Assembly (NCBI RefSeq): GCF_036971445.1
Contig: NC_091472.1
Location: 187,860,001-187,924,000, forward strand
DNA: 64,000 bases
DNA from: Narcine bancroftii
Lineage: Eukaryota
Direction: 5' to 3'
Positions 46,857 to 58,259 of this stretch are shown here, piece after piece (the first letter of the stretch is position 1; each line of letters starts with the position of its first letter). The notes beneath the pieces are model-generated. The model was not told where the DNA came from. It searched no databases and saw only the letters and a list, made by a program, of their open reading frames with translations. The position numbers and the translations under genes are program-made.

Positions 46857-48307
46857 CATGCGTAACCTCGTGTTTATTGCATCTGCTCAACATTTGGAAG
46901 AAGATTCACATAGAAAGGAATAAAACAAATTAGCAACTACCAAAATTAATATTGACTCAAAATCAACTAATCCCTGTCACAATAGATAACCTTTCATTTA
47001 GAGAATGGGAGAGAAAAGGGATTAAAAGAATAGAAAATTGTTTTTTGGGAAATAAATTATTATTTTTTGAACAAATGAAGGACAAATATGGTATAACTCA
47101 TGGTACAATGTTTGCATACCACCAACTGAAAACCTTCTTGAAGGACAAATTTGGAAGCAGGCTGAGGTTACCAGAAGGAAGCAATTGTGAATATATGATT
47201 ACAGACACAATGATAATTAAAAGATTTATAACAAACATGTACATCAAACTGCAAGAGAAAGAGTATGAGGAAACAAGCTGTAAACCCAAACAAAAATGGG
47301 AACAAGATCTAAACATAAAGAATGAAACATGGGAAAAGCTATGCCCAATAATATTTCTTAAAGTTTGGTGATCTCAGTGCTCGGACTGTAATCCCAGGTT
47401 AATTTTGGCAAGGAAACCATGGTCACTCTCCTATTTCAAATTAACCTACTTACCTGTGAATTAAAATTCTGAAAGAATTTCCAGGGCAACACCATGGGCA
47501 AAGTCTGGAAGAGGTACTGAAGCCTCGGCAACACATTCAACTTGATCAATTGACCCTGCCCATCAACATGATGGGAGGGTCATCCATGTGCTTAGGTCCT
47601 CAAATTTTTTGAGCAAGGGTGTATATATAAATTTTGCAGATTATTGTCCACCCTGACTCCCAGGTACTTAATCCCTTTATGTGGCCATTTCAATTGACTG
47701 CTTTATTTAAATTGACAATAATCCCCTTTTGTAAGTGGCATAACTTCACTCGTGTCCCAATTGATCTTTTACCCAGAGACTTTCCCATAATCCTCCAGAG
47801 TAGAGTGAAGCTTGGCCAGCGAAGTTGCCGGGTCTGTCATCATCAAGAAATAGGTTGACTTTGTGTTCTTCCCAGCCCACTCTGAGCCCCTTGAAGTCTG
47901 GATCCTGTTGTATACCTTCAGTCAATGGTTCTATAGCCAAAATGAATAGAGCTGAAGACAATGGACACCCCTATCTACTAGATCTCAATAGAAGGAAGGC
48001 TGGAGATATTTGCCCATTCATCACAACTTTAGCCTTGGGCATCTTGATCCAATTTATAAAAATTGACCCTCATCCCAATTTCTCCAGTACCTTAAACAGG
48101 AAATTTCATTCTAACCTATCAAACACCTTCTCAGTATCCAGGGCTACAGCGACACTTGGGTCATCCCTTGACTGTGCCAAATGTATGATACTCAGCAATC
48201 TGTTTATATTATCTGCAGCCTGTCCTTTTTTGCAGAAAGCCCGGTTGGTCTACATTAGTTAGCTTTGGCAAATGCTTCACCGATCTACTTGCCAGGGCCT
48301 TCACAAG

Positions 48308-48782
48308 TGTAGCTCAATCAATGACTGTACTGCAGCAAGCAAACTTAAAACACAGAAAAGACTGTACTACAGGCATTAATCCACTTAACCAGTAGTAGTC
48401 TTGATGGCTCCACATGTGGCTGGCCTGGGAGGGACTGGCTCAAGCATGTATACACGTTGGTGATTGACAGCCAGCCAGGTGGAGTCAGCCTCCCAGGTGG
48501 TCATCCCCTGCAGTAGGCTGGTGGGCACACAGCCCAGTGCTGTGGTTGTATCATCACAATGACCACCTGCTGATACAAAGCAACCAATGAAAGGCTTTAT
48601 TAATTAGAAAACCCAAGCATGCCTCCACATGTGGCTGGCTCACATCCAAGGCAGGTATGAGGAAGGAGACTAGGGCTCTCAAGGGGATTAGGGGATCTTA
48701 TGGGGAGGGCCTACAGGTACAGAAGGTGGTCCAGCCTGCCCAGCCCAGGGAGGACATCCCTGCAATACTGTGTTCCACCACA
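48308..48782. mobile_element. Solo-LTR-like insertion (TG...CA) in the old L1
   Basis: Flanks ACAAG/GCAAG; the L1 sequence (D..IL.KALA) rejoins across it. Confidence 0.6.
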
Positions 48783-49237
48783 GCAAGTATCTAAAAGTCT
48801 ATATTCTGCATTGGAATAGGTCTATAAGAGGACAGTTTCAATGGGTCCCTATCTTTTTTAAGAATCACCATAATAATTGCCGTTGAGAAGGATTCTGGGA
48901 GTGTGGGGGTTTCAACCACCTGATGCACCACCTCCATAAAGATGGACATCAGATCTTAGGATTCCCTGTAAAACTCCTCCCCTGGAGACTTGCCAGCTTG
49001 CAACAGAGCCTATGCTTTTCCTATTTCTTTTTCTGTGAAGCGGGCATTCAATCCCTCCTGATCTTCCTAAACTAAATTTGGTAATTCCAATTTTGGCAGG
49101 AATTAATCTACTTTCTCAGGCTTCCCAAATTATTTTGATGTATACAATTTTTCATAAAATTGTCTGAAGGGTTCATTTATCTCCTTTGGCTTGTATGAGA
49201 TCCTGTCATCTGCTCTCTGGATCGCACTAATCATTCT

Positions 49238-49440
49238 TTTTTAAATTTAATTTTTGTTATTTTTCTCGCTGTGAACCATATCAATCAAAATGCATACAAA
49301 CAATTCCCTCTTAAATATACACAGTGGCATTTTCTCCCCTTCCCCCCCCTCCCCCCCCCCCACCTTCCCACCCCCCTCCAAACCCATTAAACTTTCAACA
49401 TATACAATACAATAAAACCATTAAACAATGTCATCACACA
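49238..49440 (-). mobile_element. Short 3' UTR-only copy of the younger L1 family
   Basis: Similar to 40484-40670; TSD CACTAATC(A/G)TTCT at 49225-49237 and 49441-49453. Confidence 0.85.
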
Positions 49441-50329
49441 CACTAATCGTTCTTGAGGCCTGCTCTTCCCTCAACTGCCAGGAGAGGACTCTGGGCTTGT
49501 TCCCCCAGCTCGTAATATTTCTGTCTTGATCTTAATATGGTTTTCTCCATCATGTATGTATAGAGTGTGTTATATTTGAGTTTTTTGTTTGTCAAAGACT
49601 GATATTTCTCTTCTGAACCTGAGTTTTGAAAATCTTTTTCTAAGTGTGCAATCTCCTGCTCCAATTCCTCTACCTTCCTTAGCTATTCCTTTTTAACTGC
49701 TTTTGTATATCCAATTATTTGACCTCTCAGGTATGCATTAAGGGTGTCCCAGTTTGACTGTTGATTCACTGGAGGCATTCTGAGACCAATAGTCTATGTA
49801 GGAGCTGAGTTGCAAACTTGGACAGCAAGGATAGCATTTTAATTTAAGTGTTATAAATAAAGTTATAACAAAACCAAAAAGGAAACATACAAAGATACAC
49901 AAAATAGAGGCCTGTGGCCAAAGCCAAAAACTGACAGAATAGAAACCAAGGAAACCTGACTCTGTACTCTTTCACACACACCAGGTCAGGATCAGACAGT
50001 TAGGATACATCAAAAGGAGTCAGGTTTACTGCAGTTAGTTTTAAAAAAAACAACTAACACAGGTTATACATGAAATAAAACTCCCTCTACATTTCTATCT
50101 CTCATTGTGAGCACCTCCCCCTGAATCAGGGACCTGAAGAGGAGCACCATGCCCCAGATTTTTAAATCGGTTCACAATCTCATTGGCAGTGGTTTGTTTC
50201 TGCAACTTGGAGAAGTCCATGTTCGGTGCATATATTGATTGTGTTAGGTTGTAGCTGTTCTTTCAAGTATTTGAAGGCTCTGCTCCTCAATGTCTGGTTG
50301 CACTTCAGCATCATTTCTCCTGATCTTTG

Positions 50330-53300
50330 ATTTAGATTTATTGTCAGAGTACACAATGACATCACCTACAATTCTGTGGCAGAATTACAACTTGTTGGTA
50401 GTGCAAAATAAAACTAAAAACTACATCATGTAGACCTGTACTCAAAAAAAGAAATATAAACAAACTGCAATACAGAGGATAAATACAATAAAGTGCAAAA
50501 GTAAGAGTCTTTAAATGAGTCCCTGATTGAGTTTGTCATGGTGGAGGGGTAGCAGTTCTTCCTGAACCTGGTGGTGTGAGTCTTGTGGCATCTTTACCTC
50601 TTTGCTGATGGTGGCAGTGAGAACAGTCCGTGTGCTGAGTGGTGTGGATCCTTGATGAATGCTGCTGCTCTCCAACAGTAGCATCAGCAGATGGTTCTCA
50701 ATGGTGAGGAGGGTTTTTCTTGTTTTGTTCTGAGCTGTGTCCACTACCTATTGCAGGGCTTTACACTCCCCATACCAGACCATTATGCAGCCAGTCAGCA
50801 TACTTTCCATCACACATCTTGTAGAAATTTGCCAGGGTTTCCAATGTCATACCAAACCTCCACAAACTCATGAGGAAGTAGAGGTGCCTTCTTCAAGATG
50901 TCATAAGTGTGTTGGGTCCAAGAAAGAAAGATCCTCTGAGATTGTAACTCACAAGAACTTAAATTTGCTCACCCTCTTCACCTCTGATCCCTCAATGATC
51001 ACTGGATTATACACATCTAGTTTTCCCTTCCTGAAGTCAACAATCAGTTTCTTGGTTTTGGTGCCATTGAGTGTGAAGTTGTTGTTGGTGCACCATTCAG
51101 TCAAATTTCAATCTCCCTCCTGAATATACAACCCCTTTTTATACAACCATGGTATCATCAGTAAATTGGTAGATGGTGTTACTGTCGAACTGAGCTACAC
51201 AGTCTCAGGTGTAAAGTGAGTAGATCAGAGGACTAAGAACAGCCCTGTGGTGCTCTAGTACTGATGGAGATTGTGGAGGAGATGTTCTTACCGATCCTCA
51301 CTGATTGTGGCCTGGAGGTGAGGAAATCAAAGATCCAATTACCCAGTGGGGTGTTGAGTCCCAGGTCTAAGGAGTTTGCTAATCAGTTTTGAGGGATGAT
51401 GGTGTTAAATGCCAAACTGTTGTCGATAGAGAGCTTCCTGATGTATACATGTTTGCTGTCCAAGTGTTCCAGGGCTTTGTGTATAGCCAGAGAAATAGCA
51501 TCCACTGTAGACCTGTTGCTCTAATAGGTGAATTGGAACGAATCTATGTCACTGCTCAGACAGGAGCTGATATACTTCAACACCAGCCTTTCAAAATGCT
51601 TCATCACTTTTGAAATTTTTTTTATTTAATACTTCACTGTGTACCATGTTAATAACAATATATACAAATATTCATCATTAAAGTGTACACAGTGACATTT
51701 TCTTTTTATTCCCCCCACTTCCTCCCATCCTCCCCACCCCCTATAACTTAAAGCAAGAAATAAAAGGAAGAAAGAAGAAAAATAAATAAGCAATAGAAGA
51801 ACACAAAAGAAAATCGTGTTGTCCAAATTTTCATATTTAATTATTTTCGTACTTGTATCACCTCAAGAGATGGAGGTCTGAAATTGCCAGTTTCTAATAT
51901 ATTCTATGTATGGTTCCCAAATTTGTTCATATAAAGTATATTTGTCTTTTAGATTGTAGGTAATTTTTTTCTAATGGAATACATTTTGTTCATCTCTACG
52001 TACCATTGTTGTATTTTTAAGGTTGCTTCTGTGTTCCTCTTCCATTGCCAATTCAGTATCTTGCTACAATGCATAACACACATGAGTGAGGAGTCGCGCA
52101 TGGGCACTGGCATTTATTTTTTGGGCTCTGCAAGCCAACGTTCAAGACCACCCCGGAGACGTTACCACCCAGTTGCCCGCTCACCAGCTTCACCGCTCGG
52201 ACCATCCTCTTGGGGAGAGCTCCCTGCTCCTGGACACAGGAGACCTTCCTCTTTTTTCTCTGGTGATTTCTTTATCTCTTCTTTACTTGATATTGTAGTC
52301 TTTTCCTTCTTTGGAGCCATCTTCAAGTTCTTCTTATACTTTTTATCTTGTGACTTTTTTATACTTTTCTTCTCTGCCTTGTTTTTTTTTAACTTTTATT
52401 TCCAACTTTCTCTGTGGAGGGCTGGTTTTCCCTGACCAGCCACTACTCCATCATGTGACCACTGTTGAAGTGAGTGCCACTTGTCAATAGACTTTATTTA
52501 GGCAGGTTACCACACTCTTGGGCACCGGTACGATTGACACCTGTTTGAATCAGGTGGGTACCACACCCTGCCGGAGTAAGATGCTGAAGATATCTGTCAA
52601 CATTGTTAAGTTGGTCAGCATAGATTTTTAATACTCGGCCGGGTTCAAACCAGATGCTTTCTTCCGATTCACTCTCTTTGGATACAGACAGGTGAGGATC
52701 ATCAGTGTTCATGGTGGCAGGCAGTGGTGGTTTTTTCTTGTTCTTACGGTCGAATCAGGCATGGAGGGCATGTGTTCATCTGGGAGTGAACCTTTGCTGT
52801 CTCCTACTGCAGCTGATTTGGTTTTGGAGCATGTTATGTCATTTAGGCCCTGCCACATCTGTCAGGTATCCTTCGTGGTTTCCATTTTTGTCTGGAAACT
52901 CCACTTGCCCAGGAGATGGCTTTCTGCAGGTCATACCTGCTCCTTCTGTAGATCTAGATCTCTGGACTTAAATGCTAGTGATCTGGCTCTCCACAGTTTC
53001 TACATTTCATTGTTTATCCAGGGTTAAAAAAAAACCATGAGCGATTTGGTGGGGACACACCCATCCACAGCTGTTTTGATAAAGTCTGTGACAGCCCTAG
53101 TGTAATCATTCAGATTCTCTTCTGAGTCCTTGAACACCGCCCAATCCACTGACTTGAGGAAGTCCTGTAACCGTTCTTCAGCCTCCTGCGACCAACTTCT
53201 TGCTGTCCAGAGCCTCTCTTTTTTCGGTCCTATTTGTATGAAGGCAGAAGGATCACAGCCAGATGATCCAACTTGCCAAAATGTGATCTTGGGAAAGAAC

Positions 53301-53400
53301 AGTAGGCCTTCCTTATCATGGTGATGCAGTAATTGAGTGTGCTGTGACCTCTGGTACAGCAGGTTACATGCAGGTAGTAGTTGGGCACTCTTTTCTTGAG
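50330..53400 (-). mobile_element. Rex1-like LINE, interrupted at ~51608-52460
   Basis: TKKLIVDFRK, TRAPQG, PVALTSTVMKHFERLV rejoined across the insertion; tail tgacaataaatc. Confidence 0.8.
51610..52459 (-). mobile_element. Bipartite, internally deleted L1-like element (5' UTR/ORF1 start joined to ORF2 end and 3' UTR)
   Basis: MAPKKEKTT... followed by LKIQQWYVEMNK...EQIWEPY and poly(A); short CACT duplication at the ends. Confidence 0.6.
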
Positions 53401-53416
53401 ACAGTCCTAATCTAGA

Positions 53417-53600
53417 GGCTCCGATAGCTCAGTGGTTAGAGCACTGGCCTTGTAAACCAGGGGTTGAAAGTTTGTTCCTTGCTGGGGCCTCATTTCTGTG
53501 AGGGGTGCTGGAAAAGTGGTGGCCCTCTCTCCACCTTACAGTAGATGAAAGTTCTAGATCTTCATGTATGTTACATGACAATAATGGAACTTTTACCTTT
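53417..53600 (+). mobile_element. tRNA-Thr(UGU)-derived SINE (degenerate tRNA head 53417-53490)
   Basis: GGCTCCGATAGCTCAGTGGTTAGAGCACTGGCCTTGTAAACCAGGGG...GCTGGGGCCT; A box intact, B box and T-arm mutated; body repeated at 26395-26523. Confidence 0.8.
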
Positions 53601-54302
53601 AAAGTGTGTCGGGTGAGCTGTCTTTTATTTACTGACCGCATCATGCAGCTCTGCAGGTGCCTGTTTGTAATTGGAAATGGGAGGGATATAAGAGTTTAGA
53701 GTGAGAATCACTGATGATAATTCTTGGGGTAGATAGAAGGGTCTACATTTAATCGAGTCACTTTAAGGCAGTAGAGATTGAGTCTGTGCATGAGCCATTA
53801 TTAGCAATAAAGTACACACCGGCCCATTTCTCTTTGCCAGAATCTGAGTTCCAAGTGTCTGTGAACTGTGAAACCTTCTGGTTGGATAGCAGTGTCCAGT
53901 GTGTTCTCTGTTAGCAAGGTCTCGATGCAGCAAACAACTGAGATTTGTCTCACCTTTATTCAGACCGCCAATTACATCTGAATTAACCCACCACTATCGT
54001 GGGTTAAATCGCGCAATATGAAATTACATAACCAGGAAGGGTGAGTTAGAGCCTGGCTGCGTTAACTCACCAATAGCCTTCTGGCAGTGTGAAACCACAA
54101 CCTGCTCTCGCATTGTCATTGCTGGAGAAGGGATCCCCTTAAAATCCTGAGTTGCAGATTTACCTGCAAATAATGGTGAGGTGTGAAAGGCTCCTGGGGT
54201 CAGCTTGTCCTGCAAATTTTCTCATTTCCTAGGAGGGTTGGCAGTGAGAAAAGGGGCTTCTGACAAAGCAGCCTTGCCCTCAGGACATCAATTTTAATCT
54301 CT

Positions 54303-55328
54303 TGTGACAGAGTATATACATGTTTTTTGGGAGATAAATTGGGAAAGGTTAGTTAGAGTAGGTCACATACAAACACTTTAAAATAGATCTTATTTAAAAT
54401 ACTGGAGCTCTGCCCCACGCCTAGACCTGTTAGGGCCAACAGTCTTTGCAAGAGCTTTGGAGAGTGCCCAAGAGACTTCACTAATGAATTGTTGTTTACA
54501 AAAGGCAACAGATAAAAGATCTTGTCGGCGCTGCAGATTATCTGGAGATGTTCAAAGGGAGTCATGTGGTTTTGCAAGCAGAGAGAGTTAAACAGGGCTT
54601 TCACTTAGATAGTCAAAAAGGCTTTCTCTCAGAGACACACAGAGATCACTTCTACAGTGTTACAGCCAGTAACAGCAGCTGAGACTGGAACAGGACAAAC
54701 TGACAAGCTTGTGGAAAACCCATTGGAAGACAGATTCTTATTTCAGCCTGGTCAAAGCCTTTGATGGTTCATGCAAGAGTAGAAGACTGGCTGTCTAATG
54801 TTTCACTTGGAATAAGAGAAACGAAAAGGAACTCTGTGGTGACCTGAAAGAAAGAGTTTATCATCTGGAGAATCCTGAGGGGGGGGGGGGGGGTAAGTTT
54901 CGTCAGCAAGAAAACTGAAGTGGCTGATTAAAAAGGAATCAGTTGTGGGAGTCCAACGAACAACAAATCTCTCTCTGAAAAACCGATAAGAACCCTTCCT
55001 GAGCAGTAACCATTTACTTTTCAAGCACCAAAGCCTGGTGAACTTCATAAATGTTAAATTCTGTGTATAGTATGAGAATTGCCCTGCAACCAGTGAATGA
55101 GAAGTGAGATTGGACTGTGAACCAAAGAACTTTTCTGTGAACTGACACCCACACATTACATATATGTGCGCTGAGAATTAGAAAGGGGGGGGGGGGGGTT
55201 AAGCGAGGTTAGTTAAAGTGGGATTCTGTCTTCATGCTTAAAGATTATTAAAGGCAACTTTTGTTTAAGTAATCATTTGTCGTGGTGAATATTGCTGCTG
55301 GGTTTTGGGGTCCTCTGGGCTCGTAAAC
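54303..55328. mobile_element. Probable ~1-kb solo LTR
   Basis: Begins TGTGACAG and ends ...GGGCTCGTAA(A/C); no coding capacity; TSD not resolved. Confidence 0.45.
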
Positions 55329-55639
55329 GCTCTAGTGACTGGACATCAGCCAGTAAATGGACGGTAGGGGGAAGTCTTTTGGGCAGAAATGCGGGGAAGC
55401 GTGGAGGTGGAATCCGGTTGAGGGAATTCCTTTCCAGATCTGCTCCGGGACCTGGCCACTCATTGATTGGCACAGACAGCGTTCCACCCAAGTCTACTCC
55501 ATCTCTTGGTTTTCTTCCCACAGATGCATCCTCACCTACTGAGTATTTCAAGCATTTTATAAGTTTATGGACGATTTCCAGCATCTGCAGATTTTTATTT
55601 TCACTGGGTTTCTTCTCAATCCAGTTCCTTCCATCAGGC

Positions 55640-56250
55640 GATCTGTCCTGAGGAGTCGACGGTTGTCCGTATCCCTATTCAATGATGCCCAGGCAACAGC
55701 GCAACCTACTCGCTTCTTTGAGCGCCGTCACCCTCCACCCACCTGGTGTCCACACCCCGATCTGTTCTTTGTATGTCGGATCCCACCCGTGGGTGTGGAA
55801 CTCGCCGAGCGAGCGAGCCGGCCCCTGCCTGCCGTCCCCGCCTCACCCTCCGGCCGTTGCTGCCGCCCGGGCGGGAGGCGGGGATCTGACGTCAGTTCAC
55901 TCGGTTCCGGTTGCAACTGGGTTGGGTTCTGTTCTCGGTTCCGGAGCGGAGCCGGGACGAAGTTGCCGCGGCCTGAGGTCTAAGTTTTCCCCCGGAGCTC
56001 CGTGCCTAGAGCGCTGCGGGTCAAGGGGAGGGGGAAGGGGAGAGGGGGAGGGGGAGGGGGTAAGCGGTCGAGTCAGCCAGAGACAGGGCTGCGGGAAAAC
56101 GGCGCTGGGGCCTTGACTCGCCGCTGAGAGGCTCCTTTCAGGGTAGGGGTCGTGCCTGGAGGGTCCCACAAAGTCGATGGCACCTGATGTTGGGAGTGGG
56201 GGTAAAGCTGTCTGAGAGTGGAAAAGTCACGGCGCGAAATGGTGGAAAAC
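55640..56250 (+). promoter_or_regulatory. CpG-island promoter / probable non-coding first exon of a downstream gene
   Basis: CpG-rich; GC boxes, full CRE TGACGTCA 55887-55894, ETS-like TTCCGG sites, candidate donor G|GTAAGC at 56060. Confidence 0.65.
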
Positions 56251-56422
56251 TCGGGCTCTTATCCTCTCCCTCCCTCCCTCCCCTCCCCCCCCCTCCTCCC
56301 TCCCTCCCCCCCCCTCCCCTCCCTCCCCCCCCCCCTCCCTCCCTCCTCCCCCCCCTCCCCTCCCTCCCTCCCCCTCTCCCCCTCTCCCCCTCCCCCCTCT
56401 CCCTCTCCCCCCCCTCTCTCCC

Positions 56423-56613
56423 NNNNNNNNNNNNNNNNNNNNNNNNNNNNNNNNNNNNNNNNNNNNNNNNNNNNNNNNNNNNNNNNNNNNNNNNNNNNNN
56501 NNNNNNNNNNNNNNNNNNNNNNNNNNNNNNNNNNNNNNNNNNNNNNNNNNNNNNNNNNNNNNNNNNNNNNNNNNNNNNNNNNNNNNNNNNNNNNNNNNNN
56601 NNNNNNNNNNNNN
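56423..56613. other. Assembly gap (191 N) after a C/T-only tract
   Basis: N run. Confidence 1.
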
Positions 56614-57542
56614 CCAGTATCACTTGTAAACTGCCCACATGATCACTTCAGCTTCCTCGAGTTACTGGTACAGATTCCTTTCTTAAGAAAGGGTTCATTT
56701 GTAAAAAGTCTACACTTTTTATAACCTGTTTAGACTGATCAGAACTGTCTGTTGACTTGTCTATGTTGGCACACACACACTGCACTCTCCTTAAATCTTT
56801 TCAAAGTTGCAAACCGAGTTGGAATCCACTGGAGACTGTGTTAGGATCATGTGCACAGGGGGGAGGGGGGGGGGGATAAAAAAAACCCCATCTGAATCAC
56901 TCAAGAGCCACCAGGACCACCTGTGTCTCCCTAACTTCCCCGTGAATCGGTTTCATTTTGATGCTTCGTAGTGGTTGCATTGGTTTGGCTTTGAGATTGC
57001 ATAATATTGGAAAGGACGTAGATGAAGAGTTTCAAGCATGTGGTCCATGTGATCTTCTTGGCTTTGAACCAGCCATTCTATTTCCATCTCGTTAGCTGTT
57101 ATTGTCTCAAAATACTTTTGTTAAGATCTATCACTGACCAGTTAAAAAAAAATTTAAACCAAGTTGAGTCAATTGGATTTCACACTGTTTTATAAAGGTT
57201 ACTTTCTGAGGCATACTTTTACATTTGATTTTTTTGGGGTCAGTATTAAACATCAAAATAGGACAAAAGAAAAACTGGTTCAATAAGAACAGAAATTGGA
57301 TTCCCACTGAATTCCTGAGTTGGTGGGTGTACGTGAAAGGATCTGCCAAACTGGAAATGAGAGCTTTTTTTGAAGGAGAGCTTTTAGAGCAGGTCTTTAA
57401 CTTGTACTGCCTTCTTGCACACTGAAAAGCTGTTTTCGCAGAAGGTCCTGTAAGTAAAGAGAGCAAATGGTGGCAATACTCAATTCAGATAGTGCTTATT
57501 GCAAGAACATAGAAAGTTCTGAACTATAATCTTTGATCAGAA

Positions 57543-57613
57543 TATGAGGGTTTGAAATTCATGACTGAGCTAGAACTTATGAGGGTTTGAAATTCATGAC
57601 TGAGCTAGAACTT
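57543..57613. repeat. 35-bp perfect tandem duplication
   Basis: tatgagggtttgaaattcatgactgagctagaact x2. Confidence 0.9.
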
Positions 57614-58259
57614 TCTGGTTTGGGTGCTAATAAGATGAAAATTCTGCATTGGGAAGCATATAGATGATGTGGAAGAAGCTTGAAGGCCAAAAAATGACGT
57701 AAAGGAAAAGAGTACTTAAAATAAATGGATATTCTGTACAGTTGGCCACTGATAAGCAAAGAAAGTTGAAATAAGACTGTGTCACAGTGAATTACCTATC
57801 ATGATAATTGAAGGAGGAGCTCGGAAGGCACTCACATCTTTGTGTGTACCTTTAGAGAATCATTTAGAACAAGAATAAAGATGAAGGATTGTACAGGAAT
57901 TGGCTCCAATCCAAAAAGCTTTTTGGGAATTAGATGAAAGTTCAAGCCAATCATTTTGGCTTAAGTGGAGATTTGTAAAATATGTGACAATTAAATAGTC
58001 ATTAATAAGATAACTATTGTAGATTTATAGATTTCCATTAGGAAGCTTTAGTAGACAACTGAAAGTTCTTGTTTCTGGGCTACATGCAACTGTTCCATAA
58101 CTTAAAAATATGAAGGAGTGGAAGAACCAATATTTTGAACTTCAATTACAATTAAAATGGGCAGTATTGCATCAAGGTGCCTCAAGCAGGCGAATAATGC
58201 TTTTGTTCCCTGGCTATTGTCTGCAATGAATGCTGGCTATGTTTACAAGAGATGCCTCA

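Larger units (their letters stand above)
40484..47341 (-). mobile_element. Younger L1/Tx1-like LINE with 5' inversion, interrupted by the ERV
   Basis: Poly(A) at 40484-40506; ORF2 C-terminus IQYNWLHRIYTTPQKL...CFRCKKETGTIVHAIWAC; inverted segment 46880-47345; TSD TGCCCAATAAT at 40473-40483 and 47342-47352. Confidence 0.88.
38875..49752 (-). mobile_element. Old L1/Tx1-like LINE ORF2, split by three direct insertions (pieces 38875-40483, 47342-48307, 48783-49237, 49441-49752)
   Basis: RT remnants (GCPLSSALFILAIEPL, HKVNLFLDD, FDRLE); PNFKKYYWA|AQSRYI rejoins across the 40484-47341 insertion. Confidence 0.85.

Noticed and set aside
49794-50178. Possible TG...CA solo LTR
   Set aside because: No convincing TSD or second copy in the window
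53417-53490. Functional tRNA-Thr(UGU) gene
   Set aside because: Extra base in the acceptor stem, mutated T-arm/B box (GTTTGTTCC), and attached to a repeated SINE body
56138-56724. ORFs spanning the C/T tract
   Set aside because: Low complexity plus an N gap
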